Source: Perkinsus chesapeaki ATCC PRA-425 (lineage: Eukaryota > Protista > Perkinsozoa). From it: a stretch of DNA of 48,317 bases. Under the pieces are notes generated by a model that saw only the letters and a program-made list of their open reading frames with translations, was not told where the DNA came from and did no database searches. This document shows, piece after piece, positions 9,845-23,185 of this stretch; within the stretch, counting starts at the first letter, position 1, and each line of letters begins with the position of its first letter. The stretch lies in NCBI GenBank assembly GCA_013115145.1, contig JAAPAO010000242.1:1-48317 (forward strand). Reading direction: 5' to 3'. A program made the translations under genes and the position numbers.

Positions 9845-11769
9845 CTAAAGTACCATCTGATTCTCGATACCAGCCTCCTTCAAGGTGATCTGGCGGTTGT
9901 CGAACACCCGTCGTGGCATTCGAGACACTAATTGATAACGGAGGTCAGCTTCGGTAAAATCCTGAGCGTCATCATCGCTGACGGATTTATCATAGTCGTT
10001 GAACAGCTCAGAGTCCATCCAATCATATATATCGGACACTGGCTCGCTATCTAACAGCAACAGAGGAGATTCATCTAACCAATCATTAAGCCTAGTTGAC
10101 CCACCAAGAAACGCCCTTTGGACCCGCTTTCCATTAAACAGTCGCGCGGCTATCTGAAATACACCCAACGTGAGCGTCCGCCTCCACAGCGAGTTACCTC
10201 AACACGGCCTTTCGCTCCTCTATCAGGCTCGGCTGGGAGGCTACTACGCTTTCTCTTCATCGCTGATTTCAGAATCACATATTTCGCTGCAGCATCCGAG
10301 ATCTCTTCCTCCCGTTTTCGTTTCTCCTCTTCACGTTTTCGATCCATCTGTGGACAATACACTATACTTAGCAGAGCTTACGAAGCAGCAGTCCGGCTCC
10401 CTAGCGTTACTTCCAAGCTTTGCTGGTACTCCTGATCCTGGACTTCGCGTGTTTCCCGGTCTACCATTGCCCGAAGTTGCTGTGTCTCCCGCTCAACGCG
10501 CTCAGCCTCCGACATTTGGCTAGCAGAAACGGCGCTTGGCGAAGGCCCTGAGAACGAAAATATCATAACTAAGAAAACAAACGCAATAAATTCCCGAACG
10601 ACCATATAGTTCGCAAGACGTTTTGTGCTTCCCATTTCTACAGGACCGCACTACTCGGGCGAAGAGACGTTGTTCTCGAGACATTGCGCAGTTCACGGGA
10701 GACCTCGAACAAAACAGCACCAACGAAAATGTGGATGTCGCATTGTACGAAAAGCCGACTCTAGTATCTCAAGCTTGATAGTGGATTCCATATCTATTTT
10801 TACCAGATAAAAAGTCACTACTGCGGGCTCGGTTATAAGCTGCTTCCTGTGACTGCATAATCTAAGGCAACACTTTTGAGGCTAGCGCGCAACGCTTGCA
10901 GCTGTCCCTACGGCATCATCGATGTGTTCGACACTGTCATCGGAGACACCCCCAGCAGCCTCACTAGTCGACCCAGAAGCATCGCCCGAAGCGTTCGCCC
11001 TGAAGAGAAGATTCTTAGGAAATTCTGGACCGACGACCCTTCGAATCTCCACCGCGTCCCATTTTGTGCAGGTCAGACTTGGTGATCGCTCTAGCCAAAA
11101 GATACATTATTACGTCTTTTTAGAATTCTCTATAGCCTGTCGTAGAGCCTCGTCCTCTTGTTGTTGCAAAGGGCTTGTCCATTGGTGCCGTTGAGCTAGG
11201 GCTTCCATGGGCGACGCTATCAGCCGTTCACCATCACCACTGTTGTCAGCCATTGGTGAAGTCTGCATGGGAACTGAGCAACATGATATAGGTTTCTGTT
11301 TATTGCATCGGCCCGATATGCCGTCCCAGAAGAATACTTGCCCCATATTCCTGAGCCTGCATCCGCCTGACGTAATCCAGGCTCATCTGCTCTTCCCAAG
11401 CACGTCTCTGAGCTTCCGGATCTACCTGTCATACAGAAACAAGTACTCGCAGATACCCGACTAAAGCTCACCCCTGGGAGCCTTTCCGGCGAGGCAGGCA
11501 GCATTGGTTCATCGGGCCCCCGCAGGGCTTCCCATGCTTTGGCTACGTCCCAGTCGTTAGCTGCCAGGATCTCCATTGCAACTTCCGGATCAATCTACCC
11601 CAACAAAGCTGCTCCAGATGAGTATTATGAATCATTCCATTACCTCCGACTCGGGCCCGGCCATGGACAGAAACTGGACCAACTTCTCATCCCTTTGCTC
11701 TATCTCCTCTGTTGTCGGTACAATCTGCTCATCTCCACCACTCAGCGACCGAATTGATGAGGATGACAT
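9845..11769 (-). CDS. UBA-like plus UBX domain protein (FAF1/FAF2-like p97 adaptor), multi-exon
   Basis: N-terminal DEKLVQFLSMAG...MEILAANDWDVAKAW (UBA-like). A coiled coil with DRETREVQDQEYQQSLE precedes a C-terminal UBX (IAARLFNGKRVQRAF...IYDWMD...YQLVSRMPRRVF...TLKEAGI). The last exon boundary is uncertain. Confidence 0.82.
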
Positions 11770-12316
11770 TGAATAGATAGTAGCAGAACGTTGATAACAA
11801 TCTACCAACGTGGGAGCTGTATGACGTAGTACAGCAGCCAACGACAAGCGTCATACTCGTACTCGGCCCCTAGAAAGCTTTGCGAACCAAACTCGAGTTT
11901 CACATGAACTCTCAAAAAACAGCGAGTCGAATGACCGGCAAAACGGTGAGCCAGTTAATGGACAGTCAATATGAACTCCATCTTAATAGCTAATACTCGC
12001 TACGACTTACAGTGCCCCTGTGAAGCAATCTGTTGCTCAATAACACAGAGGCACGAGGCTTAAAATGCACTGAGAGCATAATAGTAGAAAAAGCGCAAAG
12101 TATACAATCGGTCGCTGGGACCGTGTAGCCTCGCATGAGGCATTAAGCTCGCCGGCGGCAAGCGAGCGATAAGTCGTTGCAGGAGCGCAAAATACGGCGG
12201 CACTGCCGTACATTTGGGAGCGGCCAAGCCACCGATAAAACAACACCAATGATACCAATGCGACACGGTTATAGCACGAGCATGTTGTAATCATGAATCA
12301 CGAATGTGACATTCAT

Positions 12317-13282
12317 TCACTCAGCACCCTTACTCAACTTGATAGCTTCCACCTCACGTATCGGCTTGCGTGCTTGCGCCATCTTAAGATGCGTATAGCT
12401 GACGATACCGAATACTGTCAGGCCAACTCCAAGCAAGTTCGGCAAAGTGTACGGCTCGCCGAAGGCAATATATCCACTAGACAGGATAACGACCAATTTA
12501 GCATGGCCTAGTACGTTATACGATATCGGTGAAGTCTTTCCTATAACCAAGAAGATGGAAAGGTTCACCAGGAAGGCCATACCAGACGAAGCAATTACTA
12601 AACAGCCAGCATAGGTGTACCAATCGAACCGCATAAGTGTGGTAATGTCATCGGCCATCGGTACCACGAGCATGAGCATCAGTGCCGACAGCGGTGCTTG
12701 GTACAAGAGTAGCTGCTGGCTGCTACACTTGAGCTCATCCTGCTTAGTCTTGACCCAAATCTGATATAGACTTGTACTCAGTATACCAGCCACACCAAAG
12801 AAGATCCCGAGAGGGTTAACTTCTACGCTTGTGGCTGTAGCCAGGATAACTCCGAGGCATATCGGAACCAGGGCCAGGAGCTGGATGAGCGGAAGTGTTG
12901 TGGAGTAGCAGATGTACTGAATGACTACGATCACAGGAGTCGTCATGACTTTCATGAGCTGGTAGGTCCCAACCGTATTGTACTGCAATGAGAGATTATT
13001 GAAGACTACGAAGCCACAGAAAGCAACGCATAACGGGAGTACTGATCTCACAGAGATGGGCTTATAGGCGAACTGCCCACTCATGACACAGAGGCAAAGA
13101 CCGATGAATGTCACCAGAAAATGCATCACAGTCAGAGTGGTTGCCCAAGTAAAGCCGTTGTTATATGCTAGCTTGTTGATCCATATAATAGACGTTGAAG
13201 TTACGAAATTCAATGCCATGTACCCACAGATTGCAACGAACGAGGATGAGGCGACTTGTTCCTCCTTTACGACGCCGACCAT
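12317..13282 (-). CDS. SLC35E3: Nucleotide-sugar/triose-phosphate transporter family protein (SLC35E3-like), intronless
   Basis: SIIWINK, FVVFNNLSLQYNTVGTYQLMKVMTTP, QLLLYQAP and IGKTSPISYNVLGHAK, plus about 10 hydrophobic helices. Confidence 0.88.
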   Translation of the reverse strand: MVGVVKEEQVASSSFVAICGYMALNFVTSTSIIWINKLAYNNGFTWATTLTVMHFLVTFIGLCLCVMSGQFAYKPISVRSVLPLCVAFCGFVVFNNLSLQYNTVGTYQLMKVMTTPVIVVIQYICYSTTLPLIQLLALVPICLGVILATATSVEVNPLGIFFGVAGILSTSLYQIWVKTKQDELKCSSQQLLLYQAPLSALMLMLVVPMADDITTLMRFDWYTYAGCLVIASSGMAFLVNLSIFLVIGKTSPISYNVLGHAKLVVILSSGYIAFGEPYTLPNLLGVGLTVFGIVSYTHLKMAQARKPIREVEAIKLSKGAE

Positions 13283-13415
13283 TGCAAGTAGGAAAAAGTC
13301 TAAACTTTTCTTTCCCTCAATTTCAAACTCAGCTATGCAAAAGTGGCCAATCACTCCTAGGAAACTGTTTTATTTTAATATAATACCGTCGTGATGATTA
13401 TGCCAATGGTTGATG

Positions 13416-14852
13416 TCACTCTGCTCTATTCTTAGCCTGCATCTCTGAATCGCTGACCGGGCGGACAATAACAGCCCGTGGAGGTTCAGGACTGAGATAG
13501 GAATCGAGACTACTAATACCTCTACAGCAGTCTCCCTTATTACTTTTTAGGACCATTGTCAAACGAGTAGCTAACACCCATGGCGAGACGTGTGCCGTCA
13601 GGAGAAAAACTGACGCTGGACACACCCACTGATGTGACCTCATCAGCCGTCATTCGCCACAAACGTTTCCGTGCCTCACCGTCCCACACGGACACAACCC
13701 CATCAGATCCACAAGTAGCGAACGTACCATGCCTGAAGTGACAGCAGCACATACAGTTCAAGATGAAACGGAGCGAACAACCCTCTCCTACTTGGGATGG
13801 AAAGCTACGCCATTCACTGCACTAACACCTGGGTCATCGGGATCCGTGGCTGAAAGTACACCGTACCGATTCGAAAGGAGAAAGCATAAGAATTACTCTT
13901 CTTATGGTGACATTTGAATGTGTACTTCGCCCGTACTTTATCCGAATGCTCAAACGGCTCCCACGCCGCCTTACCCTCCTGACTGCCGCAAACGAAGCCT
14001 GTCAATCAGTAAGAACAGCGGCACCGAATAGCTCGCACCTGTCCCTGTCGGATGGATGGCCAAGCACCTAATAGGCTGCGTAAAGGGAGAATCTCGAATT
14101 TGGACCGGAGTCCCAAGGTTACGTATATCAAGCTCCAGTATCTGACACAAGACGAAGCATTGTCCAGAAGTGGCGGTCTAGCAGACGCCGACCCCCGCGG
14201 CGAGCCTACCTCCCTCATGCTTGTACCCGCGATAACTCTAGTACCATTGCTAGGGTCCAAGGCCATACAGAATATCTTACCCTTGGCCGCAGTGCAGCTG
14301 GCACTCTCCTCTCGAGTGCGAGTATCCCACAAACGGACAGTACGGTCCCATCCACCGCTAACCACAAGATCTCGGTCAAGGAGACACTTCTCCACACAGG
14401 ATGCCGGAAAAGCATGAAAACTACCAAGCAAGAAGACTAGGGCCGACCACGAAGCGGGGCCCTCACTTGTCAACCCGATTAACCTCTTTGCCGCCCTGGG
14501 AAAAGTCTACCAGAGCCAGAGCTCCTCCCAGTGTTGCACAGACCGTCTGGGAAGAGTCGCTTAATGTGACGTCTAACAGAGGGTGCCTATCCTTCCACGT
14601 CGCCAGCAGTGCATTGCGGTTGGTGTCATAGAGACGACATGACTGAAAAACCAAAGTGTCCGACTACGTATTGGACTAATAAGATGTTAGAAGGCTCACC
14701 CCATCCCAACTGGACACTGCTAGTAGATGGGCTTGCGGGTTACCGTGACCAAATGCCCGAGTTGCCTCCACTGGGAACCGGACCCTGGATATGGCGTCCA
14801 GTGGCGGCGATACCAGTGTGGTAGTAGTGGCGAAACCCGATGATGTGGACAT
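13416..14852 (-). CDS. BUB3: Mitotic checkpoint WD40 protein BUB3 (RAE1/BUB3 family), multi-exon
   Basis: PPLDAISRVRF, LLAVSSWDG, VVSGGWDRTVRLWD, YTFKCH, VNGVAFHP, GTFATCGSDGVVSVWD, LAMGVSY, and C-terminal VIVRPVSDSE. Confidence 0.85.
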
Positions 14853-15119
14853 CAGACCAAAGGGTGGCAAGAGTGGACACCCAGCTGCTTTCAACGGTAT
14901 TCGAGAGCTCCCTACCCCCACACCAACTCTACGTAATCTGTCTTTGCTGCTGCCGAGGCAAACAGTAAACGAAAAATATTATTAAGTCCAACCAAATATA
15001 ATAAAGAAGGCTGCCAGTAGTGAGGAAACACGCTACTGTAAGATATCAGACAGGAGGAACCCATTGCTGACCATCTCACGCTTGGAACAGTCCCCAGTAC
15101 TTTCGAGCCGGCAATGGAG

Positions 15120-18100
15120 TCAACGTCTTCTACCAGCACCTGGGTAACCTCCACTATCGTATCTATTGCCGCTACTTGAGGAGGTTGGAGGAGGATCCCT
15201 GCGTGAGCCTGGAATCGAACGCCTGAAAGAAAAACTAGTTCAAGATGTAGGTAGCCTTATAAGAGTCATCTCTGTACGACGGCAATAACAACAAGACATA
15301 TCCTAGTACTCTGCCCGCCGCCTTACCTCTGCTCGTACGGACTTTCCCATCCTGGAGCACCACCACGAGTCCCACTGGAAGGAGGCGGACCGTACTGATA
15401 TCCAGAGCGGTCTCCTCGCGATGGCGGCTCATGTCCATCTCTCCTTCCTTCCCAAGCCGGTCTGGGAACCTCAAGCCGCCTTCGCTTCGGGGAATCAGAT
15501 CTTCGGTAATATTCATCTCTTCTTGCCGCGGGTGAAGGTTGGCTCGAGTGGTAGTAATAGGAATCTTCCGCTTGATGAAATCTCTCCGCATGGATTCCGC
15601 GCCTCGAGGGCGGTGAATCCCGGTACCGACTCCTTTCTCTTGGCAGAGGTGATCGTTCCCTTTTCCTCTCCTCGTAAGACGACCGTGTTCGCTCAAGAGG
15701 ACTGCGCATCCTCGTCCTATCGAAGCGATGCGAGTAACCTTTGCCGCCTTCGGAAGAGTGTCCGGTACCCGATGGCGTCGCGGAGTCGCGGAAGGGACTA
15801 TAGCGATAGTCATCTCGATACGAAGTACGAGGGGAAGTTGATCCAGCCGGTGATCGAGACCGAAAAGTGGATCCCGAAGGCCGCGGTCCTCTGCCCATAT
15901 GCGAGCCTTGCCTTTTGAACCAGGTGTCGCCCGACGTTCGCCTAGGTGGACTCCTCGACCAGGACCTGATCACCGTGATCACACCAATCAGCAGCACGCC
16001 AGCGACTTACCTCTCCACGGGCCCATCCCGTCTCCTCACTGAATCGTCCTCGACCCTCTTCCAGTTACCCCATCGACCCTTCCCCCAATTGTTGTCATCT
16101 TTTCCCCACCCGGTCCCACTATTCTGCTTCCAATGCTCCCATCCTCCGCGCCTAGATTTCCATCCCTGATCATCTCCCCGCTCATCATCAATCTTCCAAT
16201 CAGAGCTTGACCGATTCCAGCTATCATTGTTCCAGTAACCCTTCTTACCCCAGGAACCATCACCACCCTTGCCACCCTTGCCACCCTTGCCACCCTTACC
16301 ACCCTTGCCCCACTTGTCCCCACTACCCTGCCACTTTCCCCATCCTCCAGAGTCTCCCCAACGCTTCCAAGGGCTGCCACGCCACCCTTCGCCAGACTGG
16401 CTGTCTTTATACCACTCATCCTTTGCATCGCCCCAAATGAGGTCTCGGAAGGCCCCCTTCACTGCGGTCGAAGCTGCGTCTCTACTCTCCTCCTTCTCAG
16501 CTAGTAGTAGCACTCTAATCTCAGGTAGCTTTCCCGACTTCTCCTCCACAGGACGGTCTGCAGCTAGCAAACACACTGTACCAGTGCGGTTCCCGATTCT
16601 CATCAAATCTTTCTGCCTGATGGACTCGCCCGACCCAGCCTTGGGTAGAGCCATCTCGAGCAGCCTGGAAGACATCGTGAAGTATGGACAGCAAAAAAGG
16701 CATACTACCTTTGCTTGTGCTCGATTGATTGATCGTCGCCTAGTAGGTCGACTTCGCTGCAGTCCTCTCTGTCTGCAACCGTTCGGGCAGATATGACCAA
16801 TAAACCTCTCAAGGCTTCTTTCGCTTTGCCCATCTTGAGATCAGTCTCTTGCCATGGCTCTAGTGTTTTCTTCGCCCTCTTTGATTCTCGGAGGTCTTCC
16901 TTTTCATCATTCTCATTTTTGCCTCCCAACTGCTGGAACTGCACTAACCTCTTCTCCGCCTCGAGTACCCATTTGGCGTACTGTTCGCCACGACTGCGCT
17001 GCTCGGGAGTACCCTCGATGAACAGCATCGGACCAACGACGGAGCAGACGGCACCCGATGCAGCCGACAGCGCGAAATCTTTCAAAGTTGGCGAGTTGTC
17101 GACCGGCTTCTCACTTGACAGCCACAGGCGATCGCAACAATACCCCTGAGCGGGAATAGCACATAGGGAAAACGAATTAATAAATGACGGAAAGAGCAGC
17201 GAGTGAATTCTACACGACGACGCACCCAAGACGCACCGGCCCAGCATAGGGTGTATAAAACACTTCCCGAAACTTATCAGGCAGGACTGGCATTAGTTAT
17301 TTCATCAGTGTGTCAATTACACAAGGAATGGTGACATCATATTTGATCACTCGGTCATCGATGATGATGCTGTTAATGCCCTCGCTACCTGAGCCTCAGT
17401 GGCCAGCCGTGGCTCGATCGATGACGTTATCCAGCCCGGTTTCTTAGTCTCTATCTCATCCAGAATCTCATACATGCACTCTCGCCGACTTCTGGCCCAT
17501 GGGCTCAATATCACTAGCGTAGTTGTTGTGGGCGGAGGGGTGGATGTATCATCATCATCCTTAGGCTGCTGCTCATCAGACGAGGGATCATTCTCTACAA
17601 GATCGAAGATTAAATACATCAGAACATCAGAGCTCTTCTTAACCCGCCTGTGCTGCCTCAGCTTTTGCTAGGCTTTCCTTCTCCTTCTCAGACTCTTTCA
17701 AGAAGAGCAGCAAGCATTGGAATTTCGCCTGCAGGTGACGTAGACGTCTTCGTCTACCCTTGCCGAAAGTCTCATCAACGAGCTCAGTCGGGATCTCCAC
17801 CTCAGTGCCTGCCGTACAGGCTTCACAGTCCACCCTCACCACTGATGATTCATTGGACAGTACCCTTACATTGGACCACGTTTGTGACGACAAAACCCTC
17901 ACGAGCCATCAAAACATCGACCTCTACTTTTTCCCGCTTACTGTCATCTCTGCTCTCCACATCGGAGACATGGACTGGCTCCCCTTGTAAAGTCGCTAAT
18001 GCCCATTTGATATACTCTCTGGCTCTAACTCGCTGCTGTTTAGTGCCACATATATCCACCTAAATTGCGCCCCTGAAAGCTCTGATCAGATACAACGCTT

Positions 18101-19714
18101 ACGAAGCTGCCAAGGCGGCTTATGACGGTGCCGCTTAGCTTCTCCAGCAGCTCTTTAACCTCCATATGGTCCTCAAAGAGAAGTATCGCATCAGATTTCT
18201 GGAGCAAAACCACCACTAAAACTTGCTCTATCAGCTTATCGAGCGTACGTCAATTTCAACCACATCGGAGACCTCTCCCTCATCTTCATTTGTGACCTCC
18301 TTCATACTGTCGGTATAGAAGCCATGAACTTTAGCTTCCACTAAGTTCTTCACCTCCATCTCGCACTGTTTCCGACCCCTAGGGGCGCCAAAGATTGCTA
18401 GCACCACTCTGTCCGGGGATATCTGAAAGCACCCCCTTTTTCCCGTTTATGCTAGCCTCGTTGCTACCTCATTCTCACCCGGTAGTGGTTCCGTATTGCC
18501 CAACAGAAAGACCATAGTTTTCCATTGTTCCTCCATCCTTCTCAGCTTAGCTCCCTTAGTGCCCAATATAAGGGCCACCGAGCTCCGAGGAACATCCATC
18601 ATAGCAGTGAGATCACCATCATTGTCCTTCTTGAGATCCACCCTCACCTCACCTCCTCCTCTACGTGACAAAACTATCCTTATGTACTTCGTCGCAAGCT
18701 CCCGAGCATGTGATGTGCCCTTCAAAACAACTGAGGCCTCCTGCGGGTCACCACCAGTCTGCAAAGATATCAAAACTCTCCGTATCAAACTCTATGCGCC
18801 GCGGCTTACATTTTCCTCCTTCTCGCGCACCATAGCCGACTTCACTCCACTGGCAAGCATGATCTTGTTCCTGGTACTCCCTCCCTTCCCAACGAAGCAG
18901 GGTACATCCTCGGCAGGTATCGGTACAATACTCTCCCCTATCTCGTCTTCATCGGTCTTCTCGCTTCCGGGTGCATCCCCTAGAGATGATAGTGACGATC
19001 AACGCCGATAACTCGCACATACTTGCGTCGACGGGCACCTGCTCCCAAGAGGCCACCAGTCGTTCCACAGTTCTTAGGCGTCGTGGGTCATCGCACTGAC
19101 TAGCTTGGGCAGGTTCATCATTCTCGCCAAGCAGCGCTCTTGGGCCGTCAGCACTCGATAACAGCGCCTCAACCTCAGGGAACGGCCCCTCTGTTACAGG
19201 CGGGGCTTTAGTTGGTTGTTTGTTCGTCTCGGGAGCGGTATCAGCTGAGGAAGGCTTAGAATACTAGCAAATGATACCACGACGACTACTAACCATCGTC
19301 CGCTTCATCCCGCTTAGCACTGTCATCTCGCTCTCTTTTCTTGCCCTCCTTTTCTCCTTCTTGCTCTGTGGTACTCAGCGCTTCGATTGTTGAGGCAATG
19401 TCAAGCGGTACGCTGGACCGCAACTGCTTACTATCATCGTCATTCTTCACACCCTGAAAGTCTAGGTATATCCCCCAAATAAGCTTATTCCCTACTACCG
19501 AGCCATCCCCTTCTGTAGTCATCTTCACGTCATCCGAGACCTCAACTCTACCTTGCTCCCGCTCATCTATCGCAGCTTGCTCACTGGATTGGCCTATGCC
19601 ATTCGCAGTGTGATCAGCTTCAGTCATCTTCTGGCTCTCCGCGTGCTCCTCCTTTGTGGGGCATTCCTCAACCTTCGTTTTCTTGGCGTCGTCCTCTGTG
19701 ATAGGCTTCTCCAT
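15120..19714 (-). CDS. Large multi-KH RNA-binding protein with a Gly/Trp/Lys-rich region and an RS-rich C-terminal tail, multi-exon
   Basis: KH motifs IPAEDVPCFVGKGGSTRNKI and VPRSSVALILGTKGAKLRR. A linker of the form G...R.RA..Y..W.L recurs. GT-AG introns join the ORF-track fragments through the WG-rich and RS exons to ...GYPGAGRRR*. The junction near 17150-17380 is inferred. Confidence 0.72.
16263..16307. repeat. 9-bp coding tandem repeat (CCACCCTTG x5) encoding Gly-Gly-Lys repeats
   Basis: Directly visible; the minus strand encodes GKGGKGGKGGKGGKGG. Confidence 0.9.
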
Positions 19715-19867
19715 TTCAAATACAGTATATATCACAGGCCTACGCAATAAAACACTACACTATCAGTTCAAGCACAAGCAAGATAGATCAAACTAAGCAC
19801 CTTTTTCGCGTGCGCCCGTGTAATCGATTATCAGCAAGGTCAGGTGATTCTTCCTTCCAACCAGACA

Positions 19868-22800
19868 ATGTGGTGGAAAGGAGAGTATCCAGGGTGTCCT
19901 GCAGATGGACGTCTGAAGAACATTGATCTCGAGGAGGAGGTTCAGAGTATCGAGAGATATCTTGAAGATAGCGTCCATGCAATGGGGTTCACTAGTTTCA
20001 ACGCTGTTAACGATATAAAGATTCCCAGGTCCGTTTTCTCCCATCGCGCTTCACATCATACGAATAAACCGTTTAGGTGTATCAAATTCAAGCCTATTCC
20101 GGGGGAGCTCAGATCTCGGAAATCTCGGGGCTCCAAGGTCGCGGCGGACAAAAACCGCAGACCTTCCCGATCACCACCTATAGACACCCAGGTAACCATT
20201 GCGAATCAACAGCCCTTCGAGCGTATTTCTCTCAGGCCAGTACTTCAGCTTCATCAGCGGGCTCTGCGGCATTCCCATGCTCTGCTGCGGCAGCTTATCT
20301 ACCGTACTCGGCTGGTTTGGGGAAGTAATGAGCTCGGTAATAAGGCCAGACGTATCTTTCGACTCAGGCCTGGGTTCCGGCTAAGTCACAGCGATGCTCC
20401 CCTGATAAGAGAGACGATGTCTGGTAATGGGTTGGTTCAAATAAGTGGGGCGGATTGGGTGCTTTCTTGGAGTGGGGGGCACCCAAAGGAACAAACATTT
20501 CAACAATTGCAGGTAGTACGGGGGAGAACAGGCGGTTAATAAAACCAACCTTCTTGGTTCAACGGATCTTACCACGTTCAACTTGTAGATCTATCCTTAA
20601 CAATAGCACTAGTCCACACAATCTGTATCATACATCCCTGCTCAGGAGTGGCAGCGCATTAATCATTTTCCGCGATCGTCAGAGCTCACTCGTAAGGACC
20701 GCCTATGGTCGCACTATGCGGCCATGCAAGAGCTTTTTGGTGCTGAAGAGTTTGACTATCTCCCTGAGACATTCGTCTTGCCCGCGGATATGGACTCCTT
20801 CCTAGAGGTGAATGGTAACGCACAGCCCGATTCAGCCATATCTTCTAGGTCTACGACGTCAACCCTTCCTGGATCTGGATTGTCAAGCCAGCTTCCCAGT
20901 CTCGAGGCCGTGGAATCTTTCTGCTGCGCGACCTTGAAGATTTGCCTGTCGACTCGCACTGTGTCATCAGCCGATATATAGCGAATCCTTATTTAATCCA
21001 AGTAATTATAGCCTCTCTTCGTTTCTTTCCACAGTCTTCTTTCAGGGATATAAATTCGATCTTCGGGTGTACGTCCTCGTGACGGGCTTCGACCCACTTA
21101 GGATCTACATGTATAGGGAAGGCCTCACTCGGCTTGCGTGCAGTCCGTTCGCAGTGAAAACCACTGATGACCTCCAAAACAAGTAAGCCCACTGCACATT
21201 CCTTTATGTTTAATCAACTTGACAGATACAAACATCTTACCAATTACTCAATCTGTAAGAACTCGAATGACTATGTTGAAAATAGTGATGCGAGAGTGGA
21301 TAACTTCGGTCACAAATGGAGCCTTTCGGCATTCAATAAGCATTGTTCATACAGCAATCTAGACATGCCTAAGGTAGGGCTCCACAAAGGGCAATAGTCT
21401 TTATATTCTTCGTTCTCCAGATCTGGGCAAGAATAATAGATGCCATCCTGAAGACAATAATGGCTTCTGAGAGGCTCGGTCACGTTGGTAGGAGTGGCAT
21501 CAGTAGCCGTGCGGCCCACTGCTGCTTTGAACTCTTCGGGTAGTAAATACGGTAGTATCTTCGCACCTAGTTCATTCTCTTAGGTTCGACATCTTGCTGG
21601 ACTCCCGGCTCAAACCGTGGGTAATCGAAGTCAACCTTAGTCCGAGTTTAGTGGCCGATACGCCACTGGATCGCAAGGTAAGGGAGCTGGTCGATTTTCT
21701 TCCAGTCGATACTTGGGGCATTCAGATCAAAGCTCACCTCATTTCGGACGTTCTCAACCTAGTCGGCGTGCCTGTCTCCAGCCCACTAGGCGACAGTTAC
21801 CAGAGGTATTACGGCAGCAGCTTTGCATCAATGCTCAGTCGCCTTCCGAAGACCTTGCCTCCTAGCGGGGAAGGTAGAAGACACTCTTTTTGCTCAACTG
21901 CTACCCTTTCATACCCTTCAGATCGTCCTTCTACGAGCAACGGATGGGCAAATGGCAATGGGCTACCTAGGAGGAGAGAAGCTCATGGACATGGCATAGA
22001 TGAGAGGTCTTTCCGGGCACTGGTGCAAGTGTTGGGGGAGGTTAGGAGGCACCATGAGCATCTGAAAGGCAAAAGAGGGTCCAAGAACAACTTTATAAGA
22101 ATATATCCAACACCAGAGTCGGCTCGAAGGTAAGCGTCTGCTAAGTGCTGTCAGTGCTATATGTGTCTGGTGCAGGTTCAGAGGGCTGGTATCGGCTCAA
22201 AGCCGGTTCACTAGGCTTATCAATGATGTGCTGTATGGTCTTTTGGCTGGACCTGTCTGGCCCGTCCGTGATGAGCATAGTACCCCACCGAGGCGTTCTT
22301 CATCGCAACTGAGGATCTCCGCGGATATTAGGGAGAGCGGTCCGGCAAGAACCGAATCCCCTTCGAACGATATACGTGTCGGCCTTCTCATCCTAGAGTA
22401 TTGTGAGCGCCTTTGTATTTTACTGGAATCCCTATCGCCGAGTGCCCAAGCTAACATAGCTAGAACCGCGTCACTCTGGACACGATGTCAGGCTCTCGCA
22501 TCCGAAATTCCGAGTCAGCGACCATGGCACCCCGCGGTTAGCGCTCCAGACTTCGTGGATCGGATGCGAGCTCGGCTGAGTAGTCTGGCTTCTGAAGGCA
22601 TCTGGGCCAGCTACTCCCAGGACGAGGCTCCGCCATCCACCAGGGCAAAGTGCCGTCGCTACGTTCCCGCGTCTGTGGCTAAGTCCCCGACCGGATCGAA
22701 GCTGCTTCGTGGTCTCGCCGTTAGAAGCACCATGGATCTCGAGCGCGAACTCACGACGCTTGGGTTCTCGGCGGCATTCAGCGCCGTAATGGTGATTGCT

Positions 22801-23049
22801 GCGGACCCCAAGTCCTTCTCAAGAGTGAACACTTCCTTGGGACGGTTATCGACGTCTCGAATCGGAGAGGTGCGGAAACCGTCTGACATACTTCCTGATA
22901 TCCGACGAACGAAAAGTATTGGCACTTTGGTCGCCAAGAGCGACAAGAGTTCTTCTGCCATGGCCAAGACGGTTGCCGCGCCGTCAGTGAAGGCCCAGTT
23001 GGGCCACTTCTTCGAGGGGTTCACTGAGGAGGTCGATTTCGAGGTCTGA
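19868..23049 (+). CDS. Tubulin-tyrosine-ligase-like polyglutamylase (TTLL4/TTLL5-like), multi-exon
   Basis: [75 protein letters not shown] and [12 protein letters not shown]. The start codon is tentative. Confidence 0.9.
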
Positions 23050-23185
23050 TATCTTTACCCTCCATCGCTTCTGCCGTTGTTGTAGCATGCCTTACAAGCT
23101 GTGTCCTCATTTACCCTTACAATGTCTCGAGTTTCAGTTCTCATTAAACCTCTAATAGTATATTGTTTTTCGTGGATTATCAATA

